Assembly (NCBI GenBank): GCA_018819325.1
Contig: JAHJQJ010000083.1
Location: 1,067-65,066 of the forward strand
Direction: 5' to 3'
DNA from: Patescibacteria group bacterium
GTDB lineage: Bacteria > Patescibacteriota > Microgenomatia > UBA1400 > MFAQ01
DNA: 64,000 bases
Positions 27,728-38,344 of the stretch are shown here, piece after piece. A model generated the notes under the pieces. That model was not told the origin of the DNA. It saw only the letters and a list, made by a program, of their open reading frames with translations, and did not search any database. Both the position numbers and the translations under genes were made by a program. How positions within the stretch are numbered: the stretch's first letter is position 1; the number at the start of each line of letters is the position of its first letter.

Positions 27728-29755
27728 ATCGAGGTAGCGAACTGCGCCGTCGCTATGGACGCTCAGGCGCAACTACTCTGTTATCCCTGGCGTAGCTTTT
27801 ATCCGTTAGGCCCGGAGCTTCCCACGAAGCTCACGAGGATCACTTAGACCTACTTTCGTATCTGCTTGACTTGTTTGTCTCACAGTTAAGCACCCATATA
27901 CCTATATGCTTACACTCCGATTTCCATCCGGAGCTCAGGGTACCTTTGTACGCTTGCGTTACTCTTTAGCAAGCAACCTCCCCAGTTAAACTACCTTCCA
28001 GACAGTGTCCCCGGTGTTGTTTGCAAACACCTTAGGTAAGAAATACATAAAGAAAAGAGAGGTATTCCACTGACGGGCTGAATATAAATATTCAGCCCTC
28101 CCTCCTATTCTCGACAGTTACAATACATATTTCAGTGCCAAGTAGTAGTAAAGCTGCACAGGGTCTTTTTGTCCTGCTGCCAGTAGGCCGCATCTTCACA
28201 GCCATTTCAAATTCGCCGAGCTCTTTCTCAAGACAGTTGAAGGGTGGTTAAACCATTCGTGCACGTCACCAATTAAGTGACAAGGAATTTCGCTACCTTT
28301 GGACTCTTATAGTTAAAGCCGCCCTTCACCGGGGCTTCAATCACAGGCTCAATATCCGAAGACATATCACCCGCTCATTTAACCTTCCGGCAGTGGGCAG
28401 GTCGCAGCCCGTATACTTAAGCTTTCGCTTTGGCACAGACCTGTGTTTTTGATAAACAGTCCCCCCTCAATCATTTGCTGTGGCCCGAATCGTGCAAGCA
28501 CGTTCCGGGCAGGGCATCTCGCATAGCTTACGCCCAGTTAATTTGCCTAGTTCCTTAAGAAAGATTCGCTCGTCCACCTTAGTCTACTCGACCTACCCAC
28601 CTGTGTCGGTTTTCGGTACGGATTGTATAGTTTCTATTTGCGACACTTTTCTCGGAAACTGAAGTCATCCAACTCTCTATTGATTACTCTCAAGATTGTA
28701 TTTACAGTTCGTGTTAACGCTCTAGCGGATTTGCCTACTAGAACTGCCTTACTGCTTAAACAGTGCATGTTCAACGCACTGCTCGGATTATCCAACTTCG
28801 TCATGCCCCAACTTAAAACGAAACTACACAAGGACCGGAATATTAACCGGTAATCCATCGGCTACGCCTTTTGGCCTCACCTTAGGGTCGCCTAACCCAA
28901 TGCTGACAAACATGGCGTTGGAAACCTTGGGTATTCGGTGGGGAAGATTCTCACTTCCCTCTCGCTACTCATGCCGACATTCTCACTTCTTGCCGCTCCA
29001 ACAAGCCTTACAGCTTGCCTTCAATGCTACAAGAACGCTCCCCTACCACTTTATATAAATATAAAATTCTTAAGTTCGGTAGTATATTTTAGCCTCGTTA
29101 TATCTTCGGTCACATATCTCTCGGCTAGTGAGCTGTTACGCTTTCTTTCAAGGATGGCTGCTTCTAAGCCGACCTCCTAGGTGTTTGAGAGATGATGTAT
29201 CCTTTTCCACTTAATATACATTTAGAGACCTTACTTGAAGATCTGGGATGTTTCCCTTTCGCCTCTGGAGCTTAGCCCCCAGACACTGAGTCCCTTGCAA
29301 TAAAACGGGGTATTCTTAGTTTGATTGGAAGTAAAGGTTTTACCCCTCAAATCCATTCAGTGCTTTACCCCCCCGTTTCTTAACAAAAGCCTACGCCTAG
29401 ACGTATTTCGGGGAGAACCAGCTATTTCCGAGTTCGTTTGGCATATTACCTCTAACCACAAGTCATCCGAGCCATTTGCGACTGACATCGGTGCGGGCCT
29501 CCACTAAAACTTAATTTAGCTTCACCCTGCTCATGGTTAGCTCACTCGGTTTCGGGTTTATACCACACAACTTAGCGCCCTGTTAGGACTTGGTTTCCCT
29601 TCGACTCCACTGCGGAGCAGCTTAATCTTGCTGTATGGAATAACTCGTCGGCTCATTCTTCAATAGGCACGCCATCATCCTCGATAAAATCGGGACTCTG
29701 GCTGCTTGTTAGCAATCAGTTTCAGGTACTTTTAAACGGGCTACCAACCCTGCTA

Positions 29756-29794
<39 letters not shown>

Positions 29795-30461
29795 ATAAGA
29801 GTAATTAGTCTTGGACCGTGGTCGGCCCGGATTCAATCTGGAGTTTGCCGTCTCCAGACCTACTTAGGAGTCTGACTATTGTTTTGTTGACAGTTTTGCG
29901 TACAAGACTTTCACTTTCTATGGTCGTCTATTCCAAAACGTTCTGCTACCTTATAAAACAAATATTGTTAGTCCTACAACCCCTGATATAAATACCAGGT
30001 TTAGACTCATCCCTTTTCGCTCGTCGCTTACTAAGGGACTCTCGTTCGATTTCTTTTCCTCTGGGTACTAAGATATTTCAGTTCCCCAGGTTCCCACTCC
30101 GACATAAAGTCGAAAGTACTCCGGTATAAACCGGAGTGGGTTACCCCATTCGGACACCGTCGGATCATAGGTTCTTGCCACCTACCCGACGACTTTCGCA
30201 GGCTTGAAACGTCCTTCATCGGCTCTTATTGCCAAGGCATCCACTGATTGCGTTATGAGTACATAAATTATTATTTGATGCGATCTACTTTTCTAATCTA
30301 TTCACTTTTTAATGAGCAAGTGCTCTGATTTATATAGAGCTAACGTTTTTACCTAAAATTAAGTAAGAAGGCTAGATCTACTGTGGAACGTAATATCGCT
30401 TTGCGATAAACGTTCCTAACCACGTTGAACGTAATATTGCCCTGCAATAAACGTTCTTGCG

Positions 30462-30537
30462 TGGTGGACCGTGTCGGGCTCGAACCGACCACCTCATCGT
30501 TGCAAACGATGTGCTCTACCAGATGAGCTAACGGCCC
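30462..30537 (-). tRNA. tRNA-Ala(TGC)
   Basis: GGGCCGTTAGCTCA...TGC anticodon...GGTTCGAG...CCA; G3:U70. Confidence 0.95.
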
Positions 30538-30684
30538 ATTGGCTTCAGCCAAAGGCTGATCGTCCTTGCGGACGAAAAAGCTCCGCATAGCGGAGCTTGC
30601 GCACACAATACAAAAACAGTTTTAAGTTGAGTATAAAAGAAGTTGTTTTGAATTTGTTTGCATAGTTGTTTCCGCTAAAGTGGT

Positions 30685-30713
30685 ATTTTAGCAGAATACT
30701 CTTAAGCTTTCAA
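30685..30713 (-). promoter_or_regulatory. Promoter for the tRNA-Ala-23S-5S unit
   Basis: TTGAAA-17 bp-TAAAAT with extended TG. Confidence 0.65.
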
Positions 30714-30719
30714 TCACCA

Positions 30720-30832
30720 GTCATTCTGGCTTGTCCAGAATCGATTCTTTGTCATCCCGCACTTGATGCGGGATCTATTTATATAGATTCCCGCCTGCGC
30801 GGGAATGACGGGAGGTGGCGGGAATGACGGGA
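30720..30832. repeat. REP-like cluster overlapping the vanZ-like gene end
   Basis: GTCATTCTGGCTTGTCCAGAATC, GTCATCCCGCACTTGATGCGGGATC, GATTCCCGCCTGCGCGGGAATGAC. Confidence 0.85.
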
Positions 30833-31159
30833 GATGAGTTTGGTGGCAATAATGATACCCAGAAGGTCAATTAAGACGTCTGAAATTCTGCCACCTCTGC
30901 CGGGCACAAAAAGCTGATGGATTTCATCTGTGAAGGCGTAAGACCAGGCTAGTAAAAAGCTCAGATCTGGTTTTTTGAATTTAAAAGCTTTTGATAATAA
31001 AAAGGCAAGAATACCAAACTCTACCATGTGGGCAGATTTTTTGATAATGAAATCAAGAATATAAATTTGATTACTGGGAATATCTGGACGGCTGGAAAAG
31101 AAAAAGATAAGGCCTGCCCATAGAACAACTGGTGACCAAGATAAAAATTTGTTTTTCAC
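30779..31159 (-). CDS. VanZ-family protein (C-terminus read into a repeat)
   Basis: KKSAHMVEFGIL, DEIHQLFVPGR..DVLID. Confidence 0.85.
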   Translation of the reverse strand: MKNKFLSWSPVVLWAGLIFFFSSRPDIPSNQIYILDFIIKKSAHMVEFGILAFLLSKAFKFKKPDLSFLLAWSYAFTDEIHQLFVPGRGGRISDVLIDLLGIIIATKLISRHSRHLPSFPRRRESI

Positions 31160-31176
31160 AATAGGGTATTTTACAT

Positions 31177-32004
31177 CTAATAGGGGTTGTTGCGAAAGAA
31201 CAAAACAGAGCCTGACAAAGTAAGTAACCCTAGGCCAACAAGAGTAAGATTGACACCAAGTTTGGATTTGACGGAAGCAGACTGAGAACTTGTCGATGCA
31301 CTAACGGTGGAGTCTTGAAAAAATACGTTGTAAGGGCTGGAGTCTGTGGCGGCGGATAACACTTCTGCCGCGCCTAACTTTTCCTCTGGCAAAACTTGGG
31401 CGGGTGAAGGGGTAGAAGTGGGAATAGAAGTTGTTTTAGGAGTGGGTGCTGAAGTTGGAATGGAGGTGGGTTTTTTAGTGGGTACAGAGGTTGGCTCATC
31501 TGTTGGGGCTGGTTCTTCAGTTGGAGTTGGGGTAGGAGTTGGACAAGGGTCCTGAGAAGCTGAGTTTGTGGCATCTCTTGTCTGCGAAATGAACCTTACA
31601 AAATTTCCCGTTCCATCAGGAGACCTTCCTACTGATTGCCCTTCATTAGGAATACAAACATCGGCCTGATCATCATCACCATAACTTACTTGATCTACTA
31701 GAGTGAAGTCGTCTTCTTTGAAAAGTTTTATCGTGTCCCCGTCCTTATTGAGACGATTTTTAGCATCGAATACAAAAAACTTGGAAGTTGATGGACCAAT
31801 AGAGACTCCCGAAGATATTGTGTTTACCTTAGTTGAAGCTGTGTCTCTTAATATCCAACCAGATATATCCGTGTCCTCGTCTGAATAGAGTTCAACCCAA
31901 TCACCGGAACTTTCCCATGAGCTAAACTCGTTAATGACTATTTGGGCGTTAATAACTTTAGGAAAGGCAAGAAATATGGCAAGAACGGCGAGCAGAGCCG
32001 ACAT
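31177..32004 (-). CDS. Lamin-tail-domain surface protein with PT-rich linker and C-terminal TM
   Basis: IVINEF..DWVELY..DISGW..LN.DGD. Confidence 0.75.
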   Translation of the reverse strand: MSALLAVLAIFLAFPKVINAQIVINEFSSWESSGDWVELYSDEDTDISGWILRDTASTKVNTISSGVSIGPSTSKFFVFDAKNRLNKDGDTIKLFKEDDFTLVDQVSYGDDDQADVCIPNEGQSVGRSPDGTGNFVRFISQTRDATNSASQDPCPTPTPTPTEEPAPTDEPTSVPTKKPTSIPTSAPTPKTTSIPTSTPSPAQVLPEEKLGAAEVLSAATDSSPYNVFFQDSTVSASTSSQSASVKSKLGVNLTLVGLGLLTLSGSVLFFRNNPY

Positions 32005-32067
32005 GACTTAAGTGTAGCAAAAGAAGAAAGATTCTGGACAAGCCAGAATGACGAAGGAAGATCCTCT

Positions 32068-33243
32068 TTAGAAGTAGTTTACGTGGAGGTAGTAGGTGTC
32101 GATATCGGAATCGGCGTGATCAACACGAACGTATTTTAGAGAACAACCGGCAGAGCCTGTATAACCACCTCTGTATAACTTGCCTGATTTAACCGCCATT
32201 ACTGAAGTGGAACCACCAGAGATGTCTATACCGTTATGAAATGAATAAATACTACTAACCCAGGTATTTTGAATTGCCCAAGTAGAACCATAGCCCTGGT
32301 TAAAATAAATGGGTGATGAAAGTGGCCAATCCCAACTACCACTAGGGTTGAAGGGGTCGCCACCAGAGTTATTGTAATAATCAACGGACTTTAAATAATC
32401 AAATGGGTTTTTTACTAGAGAGTTATCACCAATCATAAAATGAAGATGAGTCCCTGACGAGTTACAAGACGAACCAGTGATAACGTTGGCAATGACGTCA
32501 CCTTGGTTTATCTCACCTACTTCTTCTTCTACACCTTTACCGGCGATGATTGCTTCTATGGCTTCGAGTTCGGCTCTGGCACTGGCTAGTAGGGCTTGGA
32601 ATTTTTGTTCGTCGTTTTTGGTGATAACCAAAAGATCTTGCTTTTGAGCTTTTTGGCCACCTAGAGCTACTCTTTGACCGACCAATTTGGTTTTTAAGTC
32701 TTCTACTTCTTGCTGTTTATTTTCTTTGGTGAGCTTTTGTTGATCAAAATCGAGTCTGGCTTTTTCTAGCTCTTGGAGAATCAATCTATCTCTGGTCTTT
32801 ACCGAATTAAAGTACTTAAGTTTGATGATTAGTTGACCAAACGAGTCTGATGAGAAAAATAGCCTAAGTGGATTTAGATCTCTTTGTTTATAACTTTCTC
32901 TAACGCGGGCGACGTAGGTTACGGATAGTTCATCTAAAGATTTATTTAAGTCTACCAAAATTGTAGAAAGGAGACTAATTTCTTGTTCCAAACCATCAAT
33001 TTGGGCTTGAGTTTGATTTATCTGGCCTTGAGCCAGATTAATTTTGGAGTTTAAAACGATAATGGCGGAGTTTAGAGTGTATTGTTGCCCCTTGGATTCG
33101 TTGATTTTTTCATTGCAGTTTTTTATGTAATCGATTAATTGACTAGGATCGCTTGGGGGTGTGCCATCACATTCTAAAGCTATAGCGGGGATTGAGAGGG
33201 TGACGGTGAGGCTAATTAGAAAAAGGACTAGCCATTTTTTCAT
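32068..33243 (-). CDS. EnvC/PcsB-like coiled-coil protein with permuted M23 domain
   Basis: Signal peptide, long coiled coil, GTHLHF, HNGID, YLH; downstream of ftsEX. Confidence 0.75.
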   Translation of the reverse strand: MKKWLVLFLISLTVTLSIPAIALECDGTPPSDPSQLIDYIKNCNEKINESKGQQYTLNSAIIVLNSKINLAQGQINQTQAQIDGLEQEISLLSTILVDLNKSLDELSVTYVARVRESYKQRDLNPLRLFFSSDSFGQLIIKLKYFNSVKTRDRLILQELEKARLDFDQQKLTKENKQQEVEDLKTKLVGQRVALGGQKAQKQDLLVITKNDEQKFQALLASARAELEAIEAIIAGKGVEEEVGEINQGDVIANVITGSSCNSSGTHLHFMIGDNSLVKNPFDYLKSVDYYNNSGGDPFNPSGSWDWPLSSPIYFNQGYGSTWAIQNTWVSSIYSFHNGIDISGGSTSVMAVKSGKLYRGGYTGSAGCSLKYVRVDHADSDIDTYYLHVNYF

Positions 33244-34139
33244 CTCTTAAGAAATCTTAATACAGCCCAGAAGCTGGAAATAAGGCTTAAGATTAGTGAG
33301 AAAATAATCAGTAACCCTAATGGAATTAGGACAATGAGAAAGGGGATTGGGAAAGTAATGATACCCCCCAGTCTTTGAGACAAGAATGGAGTGGAATAAA
33401 GAAGGGCTATATAACTAAATAACCAGCCTATGACGGCGCCAAATAAGCCGTAGATTATAGATTCCTGAACGTATGGTTTAAGGACAAATAGTTGCTTGGC
33501 TCCGAGTAACTTTAGAGTGCCTATTTCCATGCGCCTAGAAGAAATTTTAAGGGAAATAATTATCATTATGGTAAGAATGGAAGTAAGGGAAAGGGCTGAT
33601 ATTAAGACTATTCCGGCTGTTCTAATGGCTTGAGTCCATCTGGTTAGCTCCCCTATTATGTCTTTGGGGAAGTCGATTTCTTTTTGACCTTGTGGAGTGA
33701 TACTTACTAGCTCGGACGCGCTTAAAACTTCTACAATAGAATCGAAGTCTTTGGGAGTTTTGGCGGTTACCTCTATACTGGCTGGTAAGATTTCTGCGGT
33801 TACCAAACCTAACTCAGTAACGCTACCTAGTAATAACGGATCATTGCCCACGCTTTGTTTGTAGATTTCTAGAGCTTGGTCTTTACTTATGTACAGGGCG
33901 TCTTGAACGTTTGTTTTGGCGGTAATTACATTTATTAACTGGTTAGCTTGTTCTTGGGTGTGATCGTCTTTAAGGTAAGCAATTATTTGTGGTTTTGTTT
34001 CAAAATGGTTAAGAACCACTTGTGAAGCCATGGAAATGAAGATAAACATGGAGATTATAAATAGAGTTAAGCTGGTGACCATTATGGCGGCTAGGGCTTG
34101 GTATGGTGAGCGACGGATGTTTTTAAGAGTTAGTTTCAT
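33240..34139 (-). CDS. ftsX: Cell division permease FtsX
   Basis: RR.EI..LKLLGA...PY..E; adjacent to ftsE. Confidence 0.8.
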   Translation of the reverse strand: MKLTLKNIRRSPYQALAAIMVTSLTLFIISMFIFISMASQVVLNHFETKPQIIAYLKDDHTQEQANQLINVITAKTNVQDALYISKDQALEIYKQSVGNDPLLLGSVTELGLVTAEILPASIEVTAKTPKDFDSIVEVLSASELVSITPQGQKEIDFPKDIIGELTRWTQAIRTAGIVLISALSLTSILTIMIIISLKISSRRMEIGTLKLLGAKQLFVLKPYVQESIIYGLFGAVIGWLFSYIALLYSTPFLSQRLGGIITFPIPFLIVLIPLGLLIIFSLILSLISSFWAVLRFLKR

Positions 34140-34840
34140 TTTTTCTTTGATTTTTTAGATTTTGATTTTGGTTTTGGCGGATGCGAGTCACTTACTATTT
34201 TACCTTTATCTAGAGCAATGTGGTGTAAGCCGTTTGGATCAAGAAGGTCTTGATTGTGCGTGGCAATTATGACCGTGGTGCCAGCTTTATTGATTTCTTT
34301 TAAAAGTTTAAATATTTCTTTGCTAGTAACGCTGTCTAGATTACCTGTTGGTTCATCTGCAAATAGGATGTGTGGTTCTGTAGCTATGGCCCTGGCTAGC
34401 GAGGCTCTTTGAAGCTCTCCACCAGAAAGTTGCGATGGGAAAAGGTCTGTTTTGTTGGGTATACCAACTATCTCTAGTATTTTTTGAATTTTTTCAGCGA
34501 TGTCTTCTTTTGCGTAACCTATTACTTCAAGGTTAAGAGCTATGTTTTCGTAGGTGGTTTTGTCTGGAATGATCTTGTAGTCCTGGAAAACTGTGCCTAT
34601 TTTACGCCTTAAAGAAATTAAGTCTTTTGGTTTGGCTCCTACAATGCTTTCTCCGTCTACAAGTATATCCCCTTCTGAAGGCCCAAGATCACCAATAAGT
34701 AGTCTGCCTATGGTGGTTTTACCCGCCCCTGATTTTCCGGTGATTACCACCATTTCACCCTGGCTAATGTGAAAGTCTATTTGAGTTAAAACTTCATCGC
34801 CGTTTGGGAAAATCTTAGTAACTGAGTTGAATATAACCAT
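34136..34840 (-). CDS. ftsE: Cell division ATP-binding protein FtsE
   Basis: [27 protein letters not shown]. Confidence 0.85.
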   Translation of the reverse strand: MVIFNSVTKIFPNGDEVLTQIDFHISQGEMVVITGKSGAGKTTIGRLLIGDLGPSEGDILVDGESIVGAKPKDLISLRRKIGTVFQDYKIIPDKTTYENIALNLEVIGYAKEDIAEKIQKILEIVGIPNKTDLFPSQLSGGELQRASLARAIATEPHILFADEPTGNLDSVTSKEIFKLLKEINKAGTTVIIATHNQDLLDPNGLHHIALDKGKIVSDSHPPKPKSKSKKSKKK

Positions 34841-34846
34841 TGTTTT

Positions 34847-35344
34847 TTATTCTTCAAATGGAGTTGGGTTTAATTCCTCTACTTTAACCCTGCCAACGTC
34901 CATTAGCCAACCAGCTTTTTGGGCTGAAAATGTTTCTGCCCAGACAGTAATTTTGAAACCGACGAACTGGTCAAGGTCTAGAACTGAACTAGTTAGGTAG
35001 GCGGTTTGACTAACTCCGCCTGGACGCAAGAGCTTGTGGGTGCCTTCGCCGTCCATTCCGCCTTCTTCTAAAATTCCAATAGCCTGGTCGGGAAAGTCGG
35101 ATTCGTCTTTGGCTCCAAAGACATCGCCAACCTTGATAGTACTACTATCCCCTGGAGCCTTGACTCCAGATCCACCACCCAGACCTGATCCTGATTTTAG
35201 ATTCTTTAAAATGGCCCCAGAAGATACACCTAAAATAAGGGCTAGAATTATGAGAAGCGGAGTGGTGAATTTATTTTTAGAAGCTGGAGAATCTGCCACC
35301 TCGGAGGTGGAAGGTTGATCTAGATCAATTTTTTTTATTTCCAT
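34847..35344 (-). CDS. Hypothetical membrane-anchored protein
   Basis: TM plus EGTH.L.R.GG.SQ..YLTSS domain. Confidence 0.6.
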   Translation of the reverse strand: MEIKKIDLDQPSTSEVADSPASKNKFTTPLLIILALILGVSSGAILKNLKSGSGLGGGSGVKAPGDSSTIKVGDVFGAKDESDFPDQAIGILEEGGMDGEGTHKLLRPGGVSQTAYLTSSVLDLDQFVGFKITVWAETFSAQKAGWLMDVGRVKVEELNPTPFEE

Positions 35345-35365
35345 GGATATTTAATATTTGTTAAC

Positions 35366-36436
35366 TTACTTAAGTTTAGCAGAAAGTTCTGCTTCTATGA
35401 AGATGTCTAGTGAGCCGTTTAAAACGGCGTCGGGGTCTTTAGACTCTACCTTGGTTCTATGGTCTTTTACCTGTTTATAAGGATGGAGAACGTAGGAGCG
35501 AATTTGCTGACCCCAGCCAGGAACCTTGTGTTCTCCTTTGATTTTTTCTAATTCTTTCTCTCTTTTTTCTTCTTCTAATTTTTCCAACTTACTGGCCAAG
35601 ACCTGCATGGCAATTTTTCTGTTTTGCTCTTGGGTTCTTTGGGTTTGACACTCTACAACGGTACCGGTGGGTTTGTGTTTTAGACGAACGGCCGTGCTTA
35701 GCTTGTTTACATTTTGACCACCCGGACCACCCGAGCGAAAAAATTCGATGTCTAAATCCTCTGCTTTTATGTCTGCCAAGACGCTTTCTTCTATTATAGG
35801 GGTTACTTCCACACCTGCGAACGAAGTTTGTCTTAAGCTGTCTGCGTTGAATGGACTAAGGCGAACCAGTCTATGGGTACCGGCTTCACCTTTAAGATAT
35901 CCGTAAGCATAAGGAGCGTTTACCAAGATTTCAGCCGATTTTATACCCGCTTCTTCCCCTGGCGATTCTGACACTTGTTGCCATTTCCAACCTTTAAGGT
36001 CAAAAAATCTTTGATACATTCTTTGCAGCATTGCTGCCCAGTCCATGGCTTCTGTGCCACCTTGACCAGAATGAATAGAGATAATGGCTCCCAACAGGTC
36101 ATGTTTGCCAGACAAGAAAGTCTGAAGCTCTAGGTCTTTGATTTTTTTTACAAGTTTTTCTTGAAGAATGTTTATTTCTTCTGTTAATGATTGATCGTCT
36201 TGAGATTTCCCAAGTTCTGATAAGCTAATTAGATTTTCTGAGTCTTTTTCAAGTGAGTTGATCTTGTCTAGAGTATCTTGGGTGTGAGAAAGTTCTTGAA
36301 GAGTTTTTTTGGCCTTTTCTTCGTCTTGCCATAATTTGGGGTCTTGTGATTCTTGCTGGAGACGGGCAAGTTTTTGTTCTAGGCCTTTGATATCTAGCTT
36401 TTGCTTGATTTCTTGAATTTTTAAAGGTATGTCCAT
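35366..36436 (-). CDS. prfB: Peptide chain release factor 2
   Basis: SPF anticodon mimic, GGQ, WG.QIRSYV; start MDIPLK. Confidence 0.95.
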   Translation of the reverse strand: MDIPLKIQEIKQKLDIKGLEQKLARLQQESQDPKLWQDEEKAKKTLQELSHTQDTLDKINSLEKDSENLISLSELGKSQDDQSLTEEINILQEKLVKKIKDLELQTFLSGKHDLLGAIISIHSGQGGTEAMDWAAMLQRMYQRFFDLKGWKWQQVSESPGEEAGIKSAEILVNAPYAYGYLKGEAGTHRLVRLSPFNADSLRQTSFAGVEVTPIIEESVLADIKAEDLDIEFFRSGGPGGQNVNKLSTAVRLKHKPTGTVVECQTQRTQEQNRKIAMQVLASKLEKLEEEKREKELEKIKGEHKVPGWGQQIRSYVLHPYKQVKDHRTKVESKDPDAVLNGSLDIFIEAELSAKLK

Positions 36437-36446
36437 ATTTAGTATT

Positions 36447-37670
36447 TTACTCGTACTTAATGGCAACAATTGGAGGTAGGTCGGCGGCTCGTTTGGCTGG
36501 GAAAACTCCAAAGAAGACGCCAATGAAGCCAGAGACGCCAAAGGCAATGACCACAGCCAAGGTATTGATGGCCGCTGGGAAAAAGATTCTAATGGCCATG
36601 ACAATCAGAACTGATAATAAAAGCCCGACCAGACCACCCAAGGTAGAAAGGACAACAGACTCTGCTAAAAACTGAACCAAAATATCTTTTTTGGTGGCAC
36701 CAATAGCACGTCTGATACCAATTTCTTTGGTTCTTTCGGTAACGGTGGCGTACATAATATTCATGATACCTATGCCACCAACTAGTAAAGATATTGAACC
36801 AATGGCTACAAGAATGGCGTTTAAGACGGCAAATATTTGGTTAACGGTGGATAAGATTTCTGATTGCTCGGTGATGGAAAACTCGTCTTCTTTGTAGCGT
36901 TTGAGTAAAGTTTCTTCTGCTTTTTCAGAGGCTGTTTCCACGTCGTCTTCGGAAGTTACTCCCAGATAGATTGACCAAAATGTTTTATCGGGATTAAGAC
37001 TGGCAAAGGTGGTGGTGTAGGGAATAACAGCGGCCTTATCCATTTCTCTATCACCGGTTTTTTCTAAAACTCCAATTACTTTGAGTCTCATGTTATCTAC
37101 CCTAATGGTTCTACCGGCTCCGTCACCGGCTTCGCCAAAAAGGTTTTCAGACAAGTTGTGGCCTAAAACGGCAACTTTGGTTCTACCCTGTAAGTCTGAT
37201 TTGTCAAACACATTACCCTCTAACATTTCACTATTCATAAGGCCAAAAAATTCTTCATTTACTCCCATTACATAACCTGTTTCTTCATTATCTTCTGCCT
37301 CGATACTTAAGGATTTAAAGTAAGTGGGGACAACGTACTCTATTTCTTGAATCCTTCTTAAAGAAGAAACGTCTCTTTCGTCGAACTCTATTACGGAGCC
37401 AAACATACCAGCCGGCCCACTGAAACCACCACCCTCATCACCACCGCCGCCAAGACCACTACCACCCATGACCATGATAAGGTTTGCTCCCAATCCCTCG
37501 AACTGCTCTGAGATGTAGTTTTTTAAACCTAAACCTAAAGCAATTAACATAACAACGGACATTACCCCAATGGTGATACCCAAAGAGGTTAAAAATGTTC
37601 TTATTTTATTTCTTTTAAAGTCGGCTATGGCGGACTTTATTAAATGGTAGGTGCCGTTTCTTAACTTCAT
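36447..37670 (-). CDS. MacB-type ABC permease
   Basis: R.FLTSLGI.IG, GGIGIMNIM, ERTKEIGIRRAIGA. Confidence 0.9.
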   Translation of the reverse strand: MKLRNGTYHLIKSAIADFKRNKIRTFLTSLGITIGVMSVVMLIALGLGLKNYISEQFEGLGANLIMVMGGSGLGGGGDEGGGFSGPAGMFGSVIEFDERDVSSLRRIQEIEYVVPTYFKSLSIEAEDNEETGYVMGVNEEFFGLMNSEMLEGNVFDKSDLQGRTKVAVLGHNLSENLFGEAGDGAGRTIRVDNMRLKVIGVLEKTGDREMDKAAVIPYTTTFASLNPDKTFWSIYLGVTSEDDVETASEKAEETLLKRYKEDEFSITEQSEILSTVNQIFAVLNAILVAIGSISLLVGGIGIMNIMYATVTERTKEIGIRRAIGATKKDILVQFLAESVVLSTLGGLVGLLLSVLIVMAIRIFFPAAINTLAVVIAFGVSGFIGVFFGVFPAKRAADLPPIVAIKYE

Positions 37671-37672
37671 TT

Positions 37673-38344
37673 TTATTTGCTTATTACTTGGCCGTCTTTC
37701 ATTACTATCTTTCTCTTGGTCCTTTTAGCTATGTCCATTTCGTGAGTGATTAAAACAATGGTGACATTGAGTTTTTTGTTAAGGTCACTTAGTAGGTCTA
37801 GGATTTCGTGACCAGCTTTGGTGTCTAGATTACCAGTGGGTTCGTCTGCCAGGATAATGCTTGGTTTCATTATTAAAGCTCTGGCCACGGCCACCCTTTG
37901 CTGTTGGCCACCAGAAATCTTGTTGGGGAAGAAGTCTTTTCTATCCCAGATGCCAAACTGTTTAAGAAGCTCTTCAGCTCTTTCTTGTGGATCAAAATCT
38001 AGCTTGTCTTTTAAGTATTTAGTAGGCAATAGCACATTTTCTAGAGCGGTGAACTTGTTGATTAGATTGAATGATTGAAACACAAAACCAATTTTCTGGT
38101 TTCTTAAATGAGACAGTTCTTCGTCTGTTAATTTACTAACGTCTTGGCCGTCTATATAGACGCTACCAGAGGTTGGGGTATCGAGTAAGCCAATGGTATA
38201 CATAAGGGTAGACTTACCACAACCTGAAGGACCAACGATACTTACATACTCACCTTTTTTAATTTCTAATGAAACGTTATCGACCGCCTTGACTTTTTCT
38301 TCACCTAGAAAATATGTTTTGGAAACATTTTTAAGTTTAATCAT
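37673..38344 (-). CDS. MacB/LolD-type ABC ATPase
   Basis: [25 protein letters not shown]. Confidence 0.9.
   Translation of the reverse strand: MIKLKNVSKTYFLGEEKVKAVDNVSLEIKKGEYVSIVGPSGCGKSTLMYTIGLLDTPTSGSVYIDGQDVSKLTDEELSHLRNQKIGFVFQSFNLINKFTALENVLLPTKYLKDKLDFDPQERAEELLKQFGIWDRKDFFPNKISGGQQQRVAVARALIMKPSIILADEPTGNLDTKAGHEILDLLSDLNKKLNVTIVLITHEMDIAKRTKRKIVMKDGQVISK

Noticed and set aside
36437-36604. Extended N-terminus of RF2
   Set aside because: It overlaps the upstream permease; a -10 box precedes the ATG at 36436.
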